DNA from: Octopus bimaculoides
Taxonomy: Eukaryota
Direction of reading: 5' to 3'
Length of the DNA stretch: 64,000 nucleotides
Assembly (NCBI RefSeq): GCF_001194135.2
Contig: NC_068986.1
Coordinates: forward strand, 86,170,988 to 86,234,987
In this document: positions 1-13,187 of the stretch, piece after piece
Numbering within the stretch: position 1 is the stretch's first letter
Layout of the letters: each line of letters starts with the position of its first letter
Program-made: the position numbers and the translations under genes
Notes under the pieces: model-generated
Told to the model about the DNA's origin: nothing
Databases searched by the model: none
Seen by the model: the letters and a program-made list of their open reading frames with translations, nothing else

Positions 1-433
1 GAGAAGCTTTAAGAAATTTACTCACAAAAGAAAAACACGAATTTAAGAAGAGGACGTTGTTGGCATGAAATAGCTACAGCTGTGTGCTTCTAGTTGAATA
101 GACATAAGCAAAACAACATGTCCGTTAGTATTTGATAAAATGGCCGCCGAATGGGGCGATTAGATTACAAACCAACAAATCGCTAGTGTAGGAAATAAAG
201 AGGTTATCTTAAGACAAATTTTTACCCACGCTCACGTACTCACGCCCACATACATACAAATATATATATGGAGATGAATACATACATGCAGACATATACA
301 TATGAAATATATACATATTTAAGCGTAAGTGCCTGCGTGTGTGTATATGTGCGTGTGTGAGTGTATATCTATCTACCTATCTATCTATCTATCTATGTAT
401 CTATCTACCTATCTATCTATCTATATTATATTA

Positions 434-524
<91 letters not shown>

Positions 525-1519
525 NNNNNNNNNNNNNNNNNNNNNNNNNNNNNNNNNNNNNNNNNNNNNNNNNNNNNNNNNNNNNNNNNNNNNNNNNNNN
601 NNNNNNNNNNNNNNNNNNNNNNNNNNNNNNNNNNNNNNNNNNNNNNNNNNNNNNNNNNNNNNNNNNNNNNNNNNNNNNNNNNNNNNNNNNNNNNNNNNNN
701 NNNNNNNNNNNNNNNNNNNNNNNNNNNNNNNNNNNNNNNNNNNNNNNNNNNNNNNNNNNNNNNNNNNNNNNNNNNNNNNNNNNNNNNNNNNNNNNNNNNN
801 NNNNNNNNNNNNNNNNNNNNNNNNNNNNNNNNNNNNNNNNNNNNNNNNNNNNNNNNNNNNNNNNNNNNNNNNNNNNNNNNNNNNNNNNNNNNNNNNNNNN
901 NNNNNNNNNNNNNNNNNNNNNNNNNNNNNNNNNNNNNNNNNNNNNNNNNNNNNNNNNNNNNNNNNNNNNNNNNNNNNNNNNNNNNNNNNNNNNNNNNNNN
1001 NNNNNNNNNNNNNNNNNNNNNNNNNNNNNNNNNNNNNNNNNNNNNNNNNNNNNNNNNNNNNNNNNNNNNNNNNNNNNNNNNNNNNNNNNNNNNNNNNNNN
1101 NNNNNNNNNNNNNNNNNNNNNNNNNNNNNNNNNNNNNNNNNNNNNNNNNNNNNNNNNNNNNNNNNNNNNNNNNNNNNNNNNNNNNNNNNNNNNNNNNNNN
1201 NNNNNNNNNNNNNNNNNNNNNNNNNNNNNNNNNNNNNNNNNNNNNNNNNNNNNNNNNNNNNNNNNNNNNNNNNNNNNNNNNNNNNNNNNNNNNNNNNNNN
1301 NNNNNNNNNNNNNNNNNNNNNNNNNNNNNNNNNNNNNNNNNNNNNNNNNNNNNNNNNNNNNNNNNNNNNNNNNNNNNNNNNNNNNNNNNNNNNNNNNNNN
1401 NNNNNNNNNNNNNNNNNNNNNNNTATATATATATGCATGTGTATACATATATATACGTACATGTGCACATATATATGTATAGGATGTTTATATACATATA
1501 ATGTGTGTATATGTTTGTG

Positions 1520-1554
<35 letters not shown>

Positions 1555-3383
1555 TAGCATCTGCTTAGATACTTTTTTATGTCTTGAATCTGTCTCATCG
1601 ATACATATACTGCCCAAATTTTACAGATTTTCAGACACATTACGTCCCACATATACGAGTTTACTTCGAAACAGAAACATGAATGTTTCCCTCACGTGAA
1701 ATAAATTAATAAGGTTGTATATAGTCAATCCTCTTGCTCTTCGGTGGCAATAAATATTTTAGTACTCATAAGAATTTAAAGTTGATGTCGTTGATTACTT
1801 CATAGAACATATTGTGATCATTTATGTCTATTTATTTTTCACTTTTTTCAGGTGTCTCTAAGCAAGTTTAATTATTATGAATATTATTAATATAATCTTA
1901 AAGGTTTCCATTCTTTAAATAATAGGAATCGTTTGGATATCGTGTATAGATTAGGTTTGTAGGTTTGTACAATATATTTAAAAGCAGTGCTACTACTATT
2001 TTCTGAAATAGCCCTGTGTTGATTCATATAACTAAACAATATTTTTATCCTTCAATATGTAGAAATTACAAATAAGATGGCCAAAGCAACGCGCCATAAT
2101 ATTTTTAAACCTCCATTTTCAACAGTGTAATTCCTTCTCCTTTCAATTCGTTTCTGCGCAACTTTATAATAATCTGGTATTGCAGCATCAAGAACGAGTA
2201 AAATAGCGCCATGTGTGTTAAGTAACTGAATGTCAAGCTTATGATTTATGAGGAACCATAACGAATAGATTGTGCATGTTGTTTGGAGGCATTTTCGCAC
2301 AATCCAATTCTCTCATATTAAAATATATCAACTCAATTTTAAACTAAAGTAAGGGCCCCGTAATATAAAGTACCAATAAAGTACTTTAGTCAATAGTATT
2401 AATTATAACTGTACTTGGAAATATCTAGAATCGTCATAATCATCTACGTCGTCGTCGTCGGTGTTATCATCATCATCATCATCATCATCATCATCTTCAT
2501 CATCATCGTGGTGGTGGTGGTTATCGTCATTGAGGTAGGTAGCGTCGTCATCGTCGTCGCTACAAAAGTCTAATTTTTATAAAATGTTTCGCTGAAAATA
2601 TTGATTTGGTCCCCTCCCATATTCCTATGCTGGCGCTGTGCATCAAGGGCTATATCTATCAACTTCTCTGTTCTTGGTATTATAGAAACGATAAAGTATA
2701 TTTTGGACGTAATTCTGGCTGCTATTTCAAGCACCATGAGTGATCACATTCAAGCCGCTTTTTTGACCCATAACAGGTGTGTTCTTAGATTTGCATGTAT
2801 TTTCCTTTTTATCTGGTGGATTTACAAGAGGTATCTAGAGCAAAATTGACGTATGAGAGACAGGTGGGGAAGAGTAGGTTATTTGGGTGCATCTTGCAGT
2901 CCTAGAGACCTCGAAGCTATTGTTGTCCAGGGGTAAGAGAGGCAAAAGTGATTATAACCGGATATGTCTGTAGTTTAGTGAGTGAAATTATGTCATCTAT
3001 TTCACATATACATATACTTTGATTGATGTCCCATTTGACCCACCAACGTCTCGACGTATTAACCTGAAAACATGCCTGGGGAAGAGGCAACTTGTTAAAA
3101 ACTGACCTTGATTACTTAAAATTATGTTAGTTTTGACAGGAAGTGTATCCCATTTAAGGTAATTGACTGTTACAAAACTTCATATTTCAAAAGTTATCAT
3201 TGTACTATCCAAAAGAAAGATACAGCTCCGAAATATCTGATTACCGAATGAAGAAGTGAGCCCACACAATCGACCGGGAATATTTATTTTGTGATATTTC
3301 TTTAGATAAATCTATAACAGGCTTTCCCCAGAATATTGTAAAATCATTGAAAAGCGTTTGCGACAATATTCCGTCTGAAGAAA

Positions 3384-3531
3384 GCGACGAACTGGCAGAA
3401 ACGTTAGCACGCCGGACGAAATGCTTAGCGGTATTTCGTCTGCCGTTACGCTCTGAGTTCAAATTTCGCCGAAGTCGACTTTGCTTTTCATCCGTTCGTG
3501 GTCGATAAATTAAGTACCAGTTACGCACTGA
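3384..3531 (+). mobile_element. tRNA-derived SINE family B (Meta-domain-like), 5' portion
   Basis: GCAGAAACGTTAGCACGCCGG head, GAGTTCAAAT B-box-like motif, TTGCTTTTCATCCGTTCGTGGTCGATAAATTAAGTACCAG central domain shared with many copies in the window. Confidence 0.85.
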
Positions 3532-3697
3532 GATTGCTTGTAAAGGAGGCAGTTGTTAAATTTGTAGATCAGAGCACAGGTTTCTATAGGCGGTGCAAGG
3601 GCATGACCACTGTCAAATGACTGAAAGAAGTAAAATATAAAATATGTATATACATATACAAAAACATATTAATATACATATGCATGCAAACATACAT

Positions 3698-3729
<32 letters not shown>

Positions 3730-3770
3730 GCACACACACACACACACACACACGCACACACACACACGCA

Positions 3771-3804
<34 letters not shown>

Positions 3805-3806
<2 letters not shown>

Positions 3807-4168
3807 CGCAGGCGTAGATGTGTGGTAAGAAGCTACAACGTTCCGAGATCAGTCCCACTGCGTGGCACCTTGAGCAAGTTTCTTCTATACCCTCGGACCG
3901 ACCAAAACCTAGTGAGTGTATTTGGTGGACGGAAACCGAAAGAAGCGCATCGTATATATGTATGTATATGTATATGTTTGTGTGTCGGTATTTCTCCCAC
4001 CGCCATCACTTGACAACCGCTGTTTATATGTTTACGTCCCTGTGAGGTAGCGGTTCGGCGAAAAGAGAAAGTACTAGGATTACAAAGAATAAATCGTGGG
4101 GTGTTTTCGTTCATTTAAATGCGGTGCTCCAGCATGGCGGCAGTCAAATGACTGAAACAAGTAAAAGA
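3805..4168 (+). mobile_element. tRNA-derived SINE family A (CORE-like domain, internal TA/TG microsatellite)
   Basis: GGCGCAGG..TGTGGTAAGAAGCT head, GGCACCTTGAGCAAG motif, GACGGAAAC.GAAAGAAGC, tail CAGCATGGC.GCAGTCAAATGACTGAAACAAGTAAAAGA. Confidence 0.9.
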
Positions 4169-5689
4169 TGTACAACATAAAGATATAGATATTCATGCAC
4201 GCACGCATGCACATGCATGTCATTGTGTGTGTCTGTGAATGTGAGTTTCCTTGAATGTGTCTACGGTAACATTTACACGGAATAGCTACCAGTGTGTGTG
4301 TATGCATATTTCTGTTTGTGTCTCCAATTACACACACACACACANNNNNNNNNNNNNNNNNNNNNNNNNNNNNNNNNNNNNNNNNNNNNNNNNNNNNNNN
4401 NNNNNNNNNNNNNNNNNNNNNNNNNNNNNNNNNNNNNNNNNNNNNNNNNNNNNNNNNNNNNNNNNNNNNNNNNNNNNNNNNNNNNNNNNNNNNNNNNNNN
4501 NNNNNNNNNNNNNNNNNNNNNNNNNNNNNNNNNNNNNNNNNNNNNNNNNNNNNNNNNNNNNNNNNNNNNNNNNNNNNNNNNNNNNNNNNNNNNNNNNNNN
4601 NNNNNNNNNNNNNNNNNNNNNNNNNNNNNNNNNNNNNNNNNNNNNNNNNNNNNNNNNNNNNNNNNNNNNNNNNNNNNNNNNNNNNNNNNNNNNNNNNNNN
4701 NNNNNNNNNNNNNNNNNNNNNNNNNNNNNNNNNNNNNNNNNNNNNNNNNNNNNNNNNNNNNNNNNNNNNNNNNNNNNNNNNNNNNNNNNNNNNNNNNNNN
4801 NNNNNNNNNNNNNNNNNNNNNNNNNNNNNNNNNNNNNNNNNNNNNNNNNNNNNNNNNNNNNNNNNNNNNNNNNNNNNNNNNNNNNNNNNNNNNNNNNNNN
4901 NNNNNNNNNNNNNNNNNNNNNNNNNNNNNNNNNNNNNNNNNNNNNNNNNNNNNNNNNNNNNNNNNNNNNNNNNNNNNNNNNNNNNNNNNNNNNNNNNNNN
5001 NNNNNNNNNNNNNNNNNNTATATATATATATATATATGAGCGTTGTAGTATGCTTGAAGAATTGCAATATCGAAGAAGAGAAAGGAGAATAGGAAAGCTT
5101 TTGACAATGCAGAAAGTTTAACAAAGCCTTTATATATCAGGTGCAGATGCCCATTCTCAGGAGATGGAATGACTAAATATATTTCTTCTGGGGAGGGGAC
5201 CTTTGTACCTATATTATAAAGGTTTTGTTGAACCTTTCAAGTTCAAAACGCTTTCCTATCTTCACTTTTTCCGTTCTATGTGTGTGCCTGGGTTTGTGTG
5301 TGTGTGTGTGTGTGTTTTTGTGTGTATGCATGTATTTGATAGAAAGACGTGTCTGTTTTTTGAGATGTACGTTTGGAAGCCAACTGGTTAGTAGCGTTTT
5401 GGTCCCCTGCATGGCAATTTGAGCCAAAGCCTTTTCCTACTGCCAGGTTATTCATCAATGATTTACTATTGAAATTTAATTGAGGAAAAACTTGTCGACG
5501 GTTGTCATATGTATTTCTCATAATATTTATGTAAGTATGTGTGTATGAATATTTTAAATATTTATAATAAAAACTTGATTGTGAAATATACAACATAAAT
5601 GTTACCATTCGCAAACAGTGCTTACAATATTTAACTGCCGCAATGCACATCGATTGTGTGCTTGTGAGAATTTGTTCGTTCTTTCAATT

Positions 5690-6190
5690 AATCAATTAGG
5701 GGTTTTGTGTTCTTATGGGCTACAGAAAATATTCTGCTTAATACCACAGATTTGCTTGTCAGCTGTTTGACCTTAACCAGTTGAGCATGTCCCTTAGTGG
5801 TTAACGATATGTGCATCTCTGATCACGAGGAGAAGTAGTGGAGGAGCATCATAGCCATGTGTTGAGAGGAATTCTTTGGGGTTTGAATAATTCACCTTTG
5901 GAAACATGGGTATTTTGCTCAACATTCTTAAAAAATCTTATTCAGAGACCTTTTGAGCGGGATGGGCTACTCGACCTAAAGAAAATTCTAACTGGGCCCC
6001 AGCTGCGAGGTCATGCGCTGTTTATCTTGATATGAGATCACCATGTCGCGCACATATGGTTGGGATGCATGTGCTTGGTGTACCCTTATCAGACGGGTAG
6101 TCATGGTGGGTATGTTGGGCTTTGTATATTTTACCCCAGTGTCACTTAGATGGCATGCTCTGCTCTCTCACACAATAATAATAATAATAA
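5690..6190 (+). mobile_element. High-copy retroposon 3' end (LINE 3'UTR or long SINE) with (AAT)n tail
   Basis: Non-coding ~500 bp block ending CTGCTCTCTCACACAATAATAATAAT; recalled as an abundant octopus repeat; no ORF homology. Confidence 0.6.
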
Positions 6191-6390
6191 GAAGAAGAAG
6201 AAGCAGAAGAAGAAGAAGAAGAAGAAGAAGAAGAAGAAGAAGAGGACGAGGAGGAAGAAGAAGAAGAAGAAGAAGAAGAAGAAGAAGAAGAAGAAGAAGA
6301 AGAGGAGGAGGACGAGGAGGAAGAAGAAGAAGAAGAAGAAGAAGAAGAAGAAGAAGAAGAAGAAGAAGAAGAAGAAGAAGACGACGATAT
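6172..6390. repeat. Compound trinucleotide microsatellite (AAT)n-(AAG)n-(GAG)n
   Basis: Seen directly; produces the spurious poly-R/K/L/F ORFs. Confidence 0.97.
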
Positions 6391-6424
6391 TGATTATGAT
6401 CATCATCTAGCAATGTGGGTCAAT

Positions 6425-7115
6425 ACAATAAGTATCAGTTTAACACTGAGATCGATGTAATCGACTTATCCCCTACTGCGATTTTTCTGGTCTTCTGCCA
6501 AAATTTTAAATCAGTATTAAGTCACTGAAATAGGTGGTGAGCTACCAGAATCGTTAGCACGCCGATCATGATGCTTATCTGCAGTTCGTCCTTACTTTTT
6601 GAATTCAGATTTCAATGGGAACGAATTTGCCTTTCATCCTTTTGGTGTCAATAAAATACGTACCAGTTCAATACTGGAATCGTTTAAATCGATGTTGCTC
6701 CTCCTCCGATATTGCTGGCGTTGTGTCAAAATTTGAAACCACTATATAAACAGCTTCTTATTTCAAGATCAGTCCTGTTGTCTACCAAATTTAACTAATA
6801 ACAAGGCAATATATATCAAATCAATGTAATCGATTTAGAAAGCTTGAATTGTGAATCAAGCGTTTCAAAATATTTCAAAACCTTAATGAATGGAAATAAT
6901 TCGAGTTCATTAGTTGCTTAATTATATTTTTTCTTCACGATATATCATCGAGCTAGCAGAAAATTTAGCACGCCAGGCGAAATTCCATCAAAGTCGACTT
7001 GGCCTTTCATCATTTCGGGCTCGATAAATTAAGTACCAGTTGCGTACTGGAGTCGATCTATTCGACTGGCATCCTCCCCTAAAAATTCGTGCCTTGTGCC
7101 TGGAGTAGAAAAGAA
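6425..7115 (+). mobile_element. Cluster of ~3 degenerate SINE family B copies
   Basis: Repeated CAGAA..TTAGCACGCC heads (6545, 6956) and GCCTTTCATC..TCGAT/AATAAA..AAGTACCAGT domains. Confidence 0.8.
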
Positions 7116-8215
7116 TATATCATCTTCTCGTCATGGGAATAAACTATTGACTGAGATTAGTCAACAATGAAAGATGTACTACAGAGAACTGCATCATAAA
7201 TTCATATATTATGAAATATTCCTTGAACATTTTACAATACGTATTTAAGGTTATTTACTTATGTTATGCTTTGTTTTTGAAAGAGATGGTCTCCTACGCA
7301 TACTTCTGGGAGAGTGAGAGGGATTTTGTTCCATTCTATAAAATTTCTCTGGGAGAACCTGCTCGGAGTGGTGGGAGAGGGTGGCGGAAAGAGAGAACAC
7401 ATAGAAATTCGATAAACCAAAAATTAATTTTAATGAGAAAATGAATGCGAGGAGGTGAGTCTTGAGTATCTTATTCGCTGGAAATGTAATTAAAATTAAT
7501 TATAAATTATTCTCAGTTCATCACCTCAAGCATGTTAATCTGCATTATATATTTGTTGAGCAGAGGATATCCTACGAGAATTTGCATATTTGTACATATA
7601 TTTACCATATATGTATGCATANNNNNNNNNNNNNNNNNNNNNNNNNNNNNNNNNNNNNNNNNNNNNNNNNNNNNNNNNNNNNNNNNNNNNNNNNNNNNNN
7701 NNNNNNNNNNNNNNNNNNNNNNNNNNNNNNNNNNNNNNNNNNNNNNNNNNNNNNNNNNNNNNNNNNNNNNNNNNNNNNNNNNNNNNNNNNNNNNNNNNNN
7801 NNNNNNNNNNNNNNNNNNNNNNNNNNNNNNNNNNNNNNNNNNNNNNNNNNNNNNNNNNNNNNNNNNNNNNNNNNNNNNNNNNNNNNNNNNNNNNNNNNNN
7901 NNNNNNNNNNNNNNNNNNNNNNNNNNNNNNNNNNNNNNNNNNNNNNNNNNNNNNNNNNNNNNNNNNNNNNNNNNNNNNNNNNNNNNNNNNNNNNNNNNNN
8001 NNNNNNNNNNNNNNNNNNNNNNNNNNNNNNNNNNNNNNNNNNNNNNNNNNNNNNNNNNNNNNNNNNNNNNNNNNNNNNNNNNNNNNNNNNNNNNNNNNNN
8101 NNNNNNNNNNNNNATATATATAATATGTATGCATGTATACACACATATATGTACATACTTACATCTACATGTGTATATAGATGCATATCAGAGTACAGGA
8201 CGTTAGAACAATGAA

Positions 8216-8440
8216 CTACAGACAACGGAATGAACACATAGGAAAACAGATAGCCATTGGAATAAATCCTTCGTCAGCTGCCTCTATTCTAACTCGACGT
8301 TTCGAAGATAATGCAGAACGTACTCTAGAATAGTATCTTCCTGAGTAGTGGATCAACCCACTAAACAGAGGATTCCAAAGTGGCAAACACAAACCAAGAC
8401 AGGAAAAATTAGACAGTGAAAACAACATTAAAAAGCCGTA
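8216..8440 (-). mobile_element. Penelope-like terminal repeat remnant with decayed hammerhead motif
   Basis: Minus strand GAAGATA...TATCTTC-GAAACGTC-GAGT motif; non-coding. Confidence 0.5.
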
Positions 8441-9451
8441 CGGTCAAACGTGAATCTGATGTAGAACACTGACAGTTCGTCTCGCTTTCATAGTGGCTGG
8501 AGTGAAAAGAGAGTTGACCACAGTCCACACGTGAGCAGAGAGGATGGTAGAGGGAGGAAGTGGAACAAGGAGGAAGAGACAGAAGTGTATATATATACAC
8601 ACACGTACATATACATGTATGCACGTGTTTGTGTGTGTGTATATTACTATCTATGTGTCAATCTACCTATCGATCGATCGGCAGAATGTTGAAGCGTTCG
8701 CTGCTTTGGGCAAAAGGAAATGCAGGAGAATCAGTCAAAATATTCCCTTTTCAGATTCACGCACTTATTACAGCAGTCCATCAGATTTTTTAAGCCCTGT
8801 AAAAGAACTCGGGACTTTGAGCTTTCAGCCAAACCTTTCCTGATACCCTTAAAACTGGGAACTTTTCAGCATCTTTTTGTATGTATGCGTATGTAAGTAT
8901 ATGAACTTTATGTTAATTAAAATATGTTTGTAATATATGTTAATTTCTAAAGTCAAATTCACTCCAGTTACCATGGACAGAAATTTCTCAATCAATAAGA
9001 ATTAAATAATATTCTGTCACTCAGTACTGAACCTTCCTATCAGAAATTGTTTACCCGTAATTCCTAGGCTTCCTTTAAAATAACAACCACAATCGTGTAT
9101 GTGCGCGCGCACGAACGTGTGCATGCGTGCGTGTGTGATCATAGAGTGCGAGAAGTATTTAAGGACACTTAATCATCTGCATATTATTTCAAAGCAATGC
9201 AAAAGCTTTATGTCTTTCAGGTCCCCCATAGCAGATAATATACTAACACAAAGAATTAAAATCCATGCTATCATTTTTATCATCTGTGAAGAAAGCATTC
9301 GTGAAAAAACCTGGCGAGAGGAAAAGGCTCTTTTTGACATCCTTAAATTTGCAATTTGTGCACAAAGTTCGAATGGAATTGAATGAATGGCGGGAATGCT
9401 TCAACTGCATCAAAGTAAAGAAAAGAAAAAGGTTTTAAATGTTCAGATATT

Positions 9452-9845
9452 GGCGCAGGTGTAGCTGTGTGGTAACAAAATTACTTCTCAACGATATGGT
9501 TCCAGATTCAGTCCCATTGCGTGGCACCTTGGACAAGTGTCTTCTACTATAACCTCGAACTGACCAAAGCCTTGTCACTGGATTTCGTTGACGGAAACTG
9601 AAAGCAGCTCGTCGTATATATGTATATGCATATATCTATATGTGTGTGTGCGTCTCTGTGTCTGTGATTCTCTGTCACCACCACATGATGGTGATGGTGT
9701 GTATACGTCCCTGTAACTTAGTGGTTCGGCTAAAGAAACTGATAGGATAAATATTAGGATCGATCTGTTTGACTAAAATCTCTTCAAGTTGATGCCCCAG
9801 CATGGCCACAGTCAAATGACTGAAACAACTGAGAAATGAAAGACA
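9452..9845 (+). mobile_element. SINE family A, full length, diverged
   Basis: Same head, CORE-like motif and tail as 3805-4168. Confidence 0.9.
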
Positions 9846-9889
9846 AATGATAAAAAACACTGTAGGAATACCACAATACATCGAACTGG

Positions 9890-10230
9890 TTCAAAAATTA
9901 TCGATGATGGCACCGGTAAATCAATGAAATATACCGTCAAAGAACTCCTGGTGCAGGAGTACGCTATCAGAACTTTGTTGCATGAAGACATTCTATATAA
10001 GTCGTATGTACTGAGGAGGGGATAGTTAATGTCTATGATACTGGAAATCCGTTTAAGTCATGCCAAGTAGTTACTTAATAAGTTTAATTACATTTACAGT
10101 CATGGCCGGTTCATTACTGATGAGGAAAACATCAACTAATCCAAAAGGCCACTAAAACGAATGGCAGATGAGTAAGTTCCATTCGGATATCCACAGAGTG
10201 ATGTACAATAAATTTCCAGCAACTGGTTTA
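9890..10230 (+). mobile_element. Tc1/mariner transposase fragment (possibly maT/DD37D-like), decayed
   Basis: Translates KSMKYTVKELLVQEYAIRTLLHEDILYKSYVLRRG*LMS..LLNKF, then FITDEENIN (first catalytic D) and VMYNKFPAT; stops and frameshifts. Confidence 0.7.
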
Positions 10231-10631
10231 CGTATGTATGTATGTCATAGTTCAGTTTTATTTCAAGATTTTTTTGCCAATAGAGAAAGACTCGGTTTCT
10301 AACCAAGATCCAAGGATCCTTTATTAGAATTTCAACATCAACAACGGTACTTTTGTATGTCTGTCTGTATGTATATATGCACATTTATATGTTTTGCTTT
10401 ATATATGTATTCTCATGCTTATAGTTGTATATCTGGACATGCTCAATATATACTTAAATGATATACTTCTGGAAAGTTTTACAGATTTTTATAGTTCCAG
10501 TGATGGATTGGATCTGTAGTCTTCGAATTAGCTTTCTCCTTTCATGTGGTTGGTTAGCAACCTACTTGCCGCACAGACACTCCTACGTATATATATATAC
10601 ATACATATATATATATATATANNNNNNNNNN

Positions 10632-10982
10632 TTCAGGGTCGTTGCTCATCATCAGTCTAGAGTAGCAGGCGATGCTTTTTCGCCAACAGGAAAATATCTT
10701 TTACGCTGTATACCAACACATGATTTGTGTCAGTATACTGTGAGATAGAGAGTCTACATATAAAGATATATATGTGTGTTTTCAAAGGGGAGATAAGCAT
10801 CTCCACTCAGCAAATCCAGCATCCAGAGATTAGTTTCAGGGTCGTTGCTCATCATCAGTCTAGAGTAGCAGGCGATGCTTTTTCGCCAACAGGAAAATAT
10901 CTTTTACGCTGTATACCAACACATGATTTGTGTCAGTATACTGTGAGATAGAGAGTCTACATATAAAGATATATATGTGTGT
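10632..10982. repeat. Tandem 203-bp unit (148 bp exactly duplicated) carrying a hammerhead-like motif on the minus strand
   Basis: 10632-10779 is identical to 10835-10982. Confidence 0.9.
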
Positions 10983-11039
10983 ATAATATATTTACACATA
11001 TACATGTGTGTGTGTGGCTGGGGGTGTCTATGTGGACGT

Positions 11040-11232
11040 CTTTGCCTCCTCCCCTTACACACACATAGCTTGACAACTGTAACTTAGTAATTCGGCAAAA
11101 AGACCGATAGATTATGTACTAAGTCTAAAATAGAAACAAGTACTGAGGCCGATTCATTCGACGTAAAATTCTTCAAAGCGCTGCTCCAGCCTAGCCGCAG
11201 TGTAATGATTGAAACAAATTAAATATAAAAGA
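11040..11232 (+). mobile_element. SINE family A, 3' half
   Basis: GCTTGACAAC..GTAACTTAG..TTCGGCAAAAAGACCGATAG..GCTCCAGC..GCCGCAG..TGAAACAA. Confidence 0.8.
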
Positions 11233-11914
11233 ATATTATATTCACGGATTTATGCACCCATTTTTCTATCTGCTCTTCAATAGGCATCTCTTTCTTCGTC
11301 CCTAGTAATTTTACCCGTCAAACTCTTCTTGTATATATTCATCCATTCGTATATCTAACCATGTACCTATTCATTCCTGCACGTATATACACACACAGAC
11401 ACATACCTATATACATATACGTACTCACAGGCATATGTGCAGAGAGCGAGAAAGCGAGCGAGAGAGAGACAAACAGGCAGTCAGGCAAACAGTCAAGCGG
11501 CCATGTAGACGGAGTGGCTGAGCCAGTCACCTATCTACCTATTTATCCATCTAGCTATCTATCTCTTCATCTCATATCCATTTAACCATCTATTTATCCA
11601 ACTTTCAACATATTTATATGACTCTACCTCGTTATCCACATACCCGTCTACCTATTCGTTTATCTCGTCTATCTAAATTCAAATTCTTTCCCCTGTGATT
11701 CCTCCTGCGGTTTATCTAGTCTCTCTGCCCCCCTTCTCCCTCACATTTCAGCCGGCCGCCTTTGGGGGTGGCCCCTGAACTTAAGCAGCCCGTCAAACGC
11801 CCCATTAACTATCAAAGACTTCTACTTTCTTGCTATCAAATAATACTAAGTGGAACTTCATGAAAACCGACAAAAACAGCATCAAATGCACCAAAAATGA
11901 AATAAATAAAAACA

Positions 11915-12052
11915 CAACACCTCCTCCTCCTACTACTACTCCTTCTCATCCTCATCCTCCTCAGTCTACTACTACTACCACCACCACCACCACCACCACC
12001 ACTACTACCAGTACTACTACTGCTACTACTACTACTACTACTACTGCTGCTG

Positions 12053-12135
<83 letters not shown>

Positions 12136-12190
12136 ACTACTACTACTACTACTACAGCTGCTGCTGCCACTGGTTCTGCTGTATCTGCTA
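11915..12190. repeat. Compound trinucleotide array (CCT/CTA/ACC/GCT)n
   Basis: Seen directly. Confidence 0.95.
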
Positions 12191-12708
12191 CTGATCTTCC
12201 CATCGTCTATGCCCTTGTGGCTAATAAAAGAATTCATTATTGTCTTTATTAGTATTAGTAGCAGTAATGGGAATGAGGCTTCTGCCGTTGTTGCTATCTC
12301 TGCTTTTCCTCCTCCCCTTCTTCGTCTCTCCTCCTCCTCNNNNNNNNNNNNNNNNNNNNNNNNNNNNNNNNNNNNNNNNNNNNNNNNNNNNNNNNNNNNN
12401 NNNNNNNNNNNNNNNNNNNNNNNNNNNNNNNNNNNNNNNNNNNNNNNNNNNNNNNNNNNNNNNNNNNNNNNNNNNNNNNNNNNNNNNNNNNNNNNNNNNN
12501 NNNNNNNNNNNNNNNNNNNNNNNNNNNNNNNNNNNNNNNNNNNNNNNNNNNNNNNNNNNNNNNNNNNNNNNNNNNNNNNNNNNNNNNNNNNNNNNNNNNN
12601 NNNNNNNNNNNNNNNNNNNNNNNNNNNNNNNNNNNNNNNNNNNNNNNNNNNNNNNNNNNNNNNNNNNNNNNNNNNNNNNNNNNNNNNNNNNNNNNNNNNN
12701 NNNNNNNN

Positions 12709-12744
<36 letters not shown>

Positions 12745-13054
12745 TGATGTTTCAGAGTGGTGAAGGTTCTTCTAAAAGGCATCGGGTCAAGAATTACACC
12801 CCAACTCGACATGGTAACTCGATCCCTGACTTCTACGAACATGTGGGACACTTCTGTCGAGGAATTAATTTTCTCGTAGAGTTCTGTTGAGATAACGAAA
12901 TGGAAATGATTTATCAATCCATCTATCTACCGTCTAGCTAACTATCTAATTATCCATCAATTTTACTACATTCCGTCTGTCTTTCTGTCAGTCAGTCCGT
13001 CTGTTTTTGGCTTTTTAACTCTGCCTCACTTTCTCCCCTTCTCCCTCTTTCTTA

Positions 13055-13090
<36 letters not shown>

Positions 13091-13187
13091 TTACATACAC
13101 ACTCATACACACACACGAGCACAGACAATCACACGCACTCACATATTTTATATATGTGTGTCTGTGTGTCTGTGTGTGTGTGTGTTT

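Noticed and set aside
137-150. AAAATGGCCGCC, a YY1-like promoter motif
   Set aside because: A single short motif with no other promoter evidence; upstream context lies outside the window.
6043-6413. Poly-Arg/Lys/Leu/Phe ORFs (protamine-like look)
   Set aside because: Simply the (AAG)n/(GAG)n microsatellite at a retroposon tail.
9255-9401. Minus-strand open segment with a strong acceptor (LKHSRHSFNSIRTLCTNCKF...)
   Set aside because: Both strands are open and no homology is recognised; cannot be distinguished from chance.
11830-12252. Mucin-like poly-Thr/Ala ORF
   Set aside because: Pure trinucleotide array, open in several frames, with no splice or start context.
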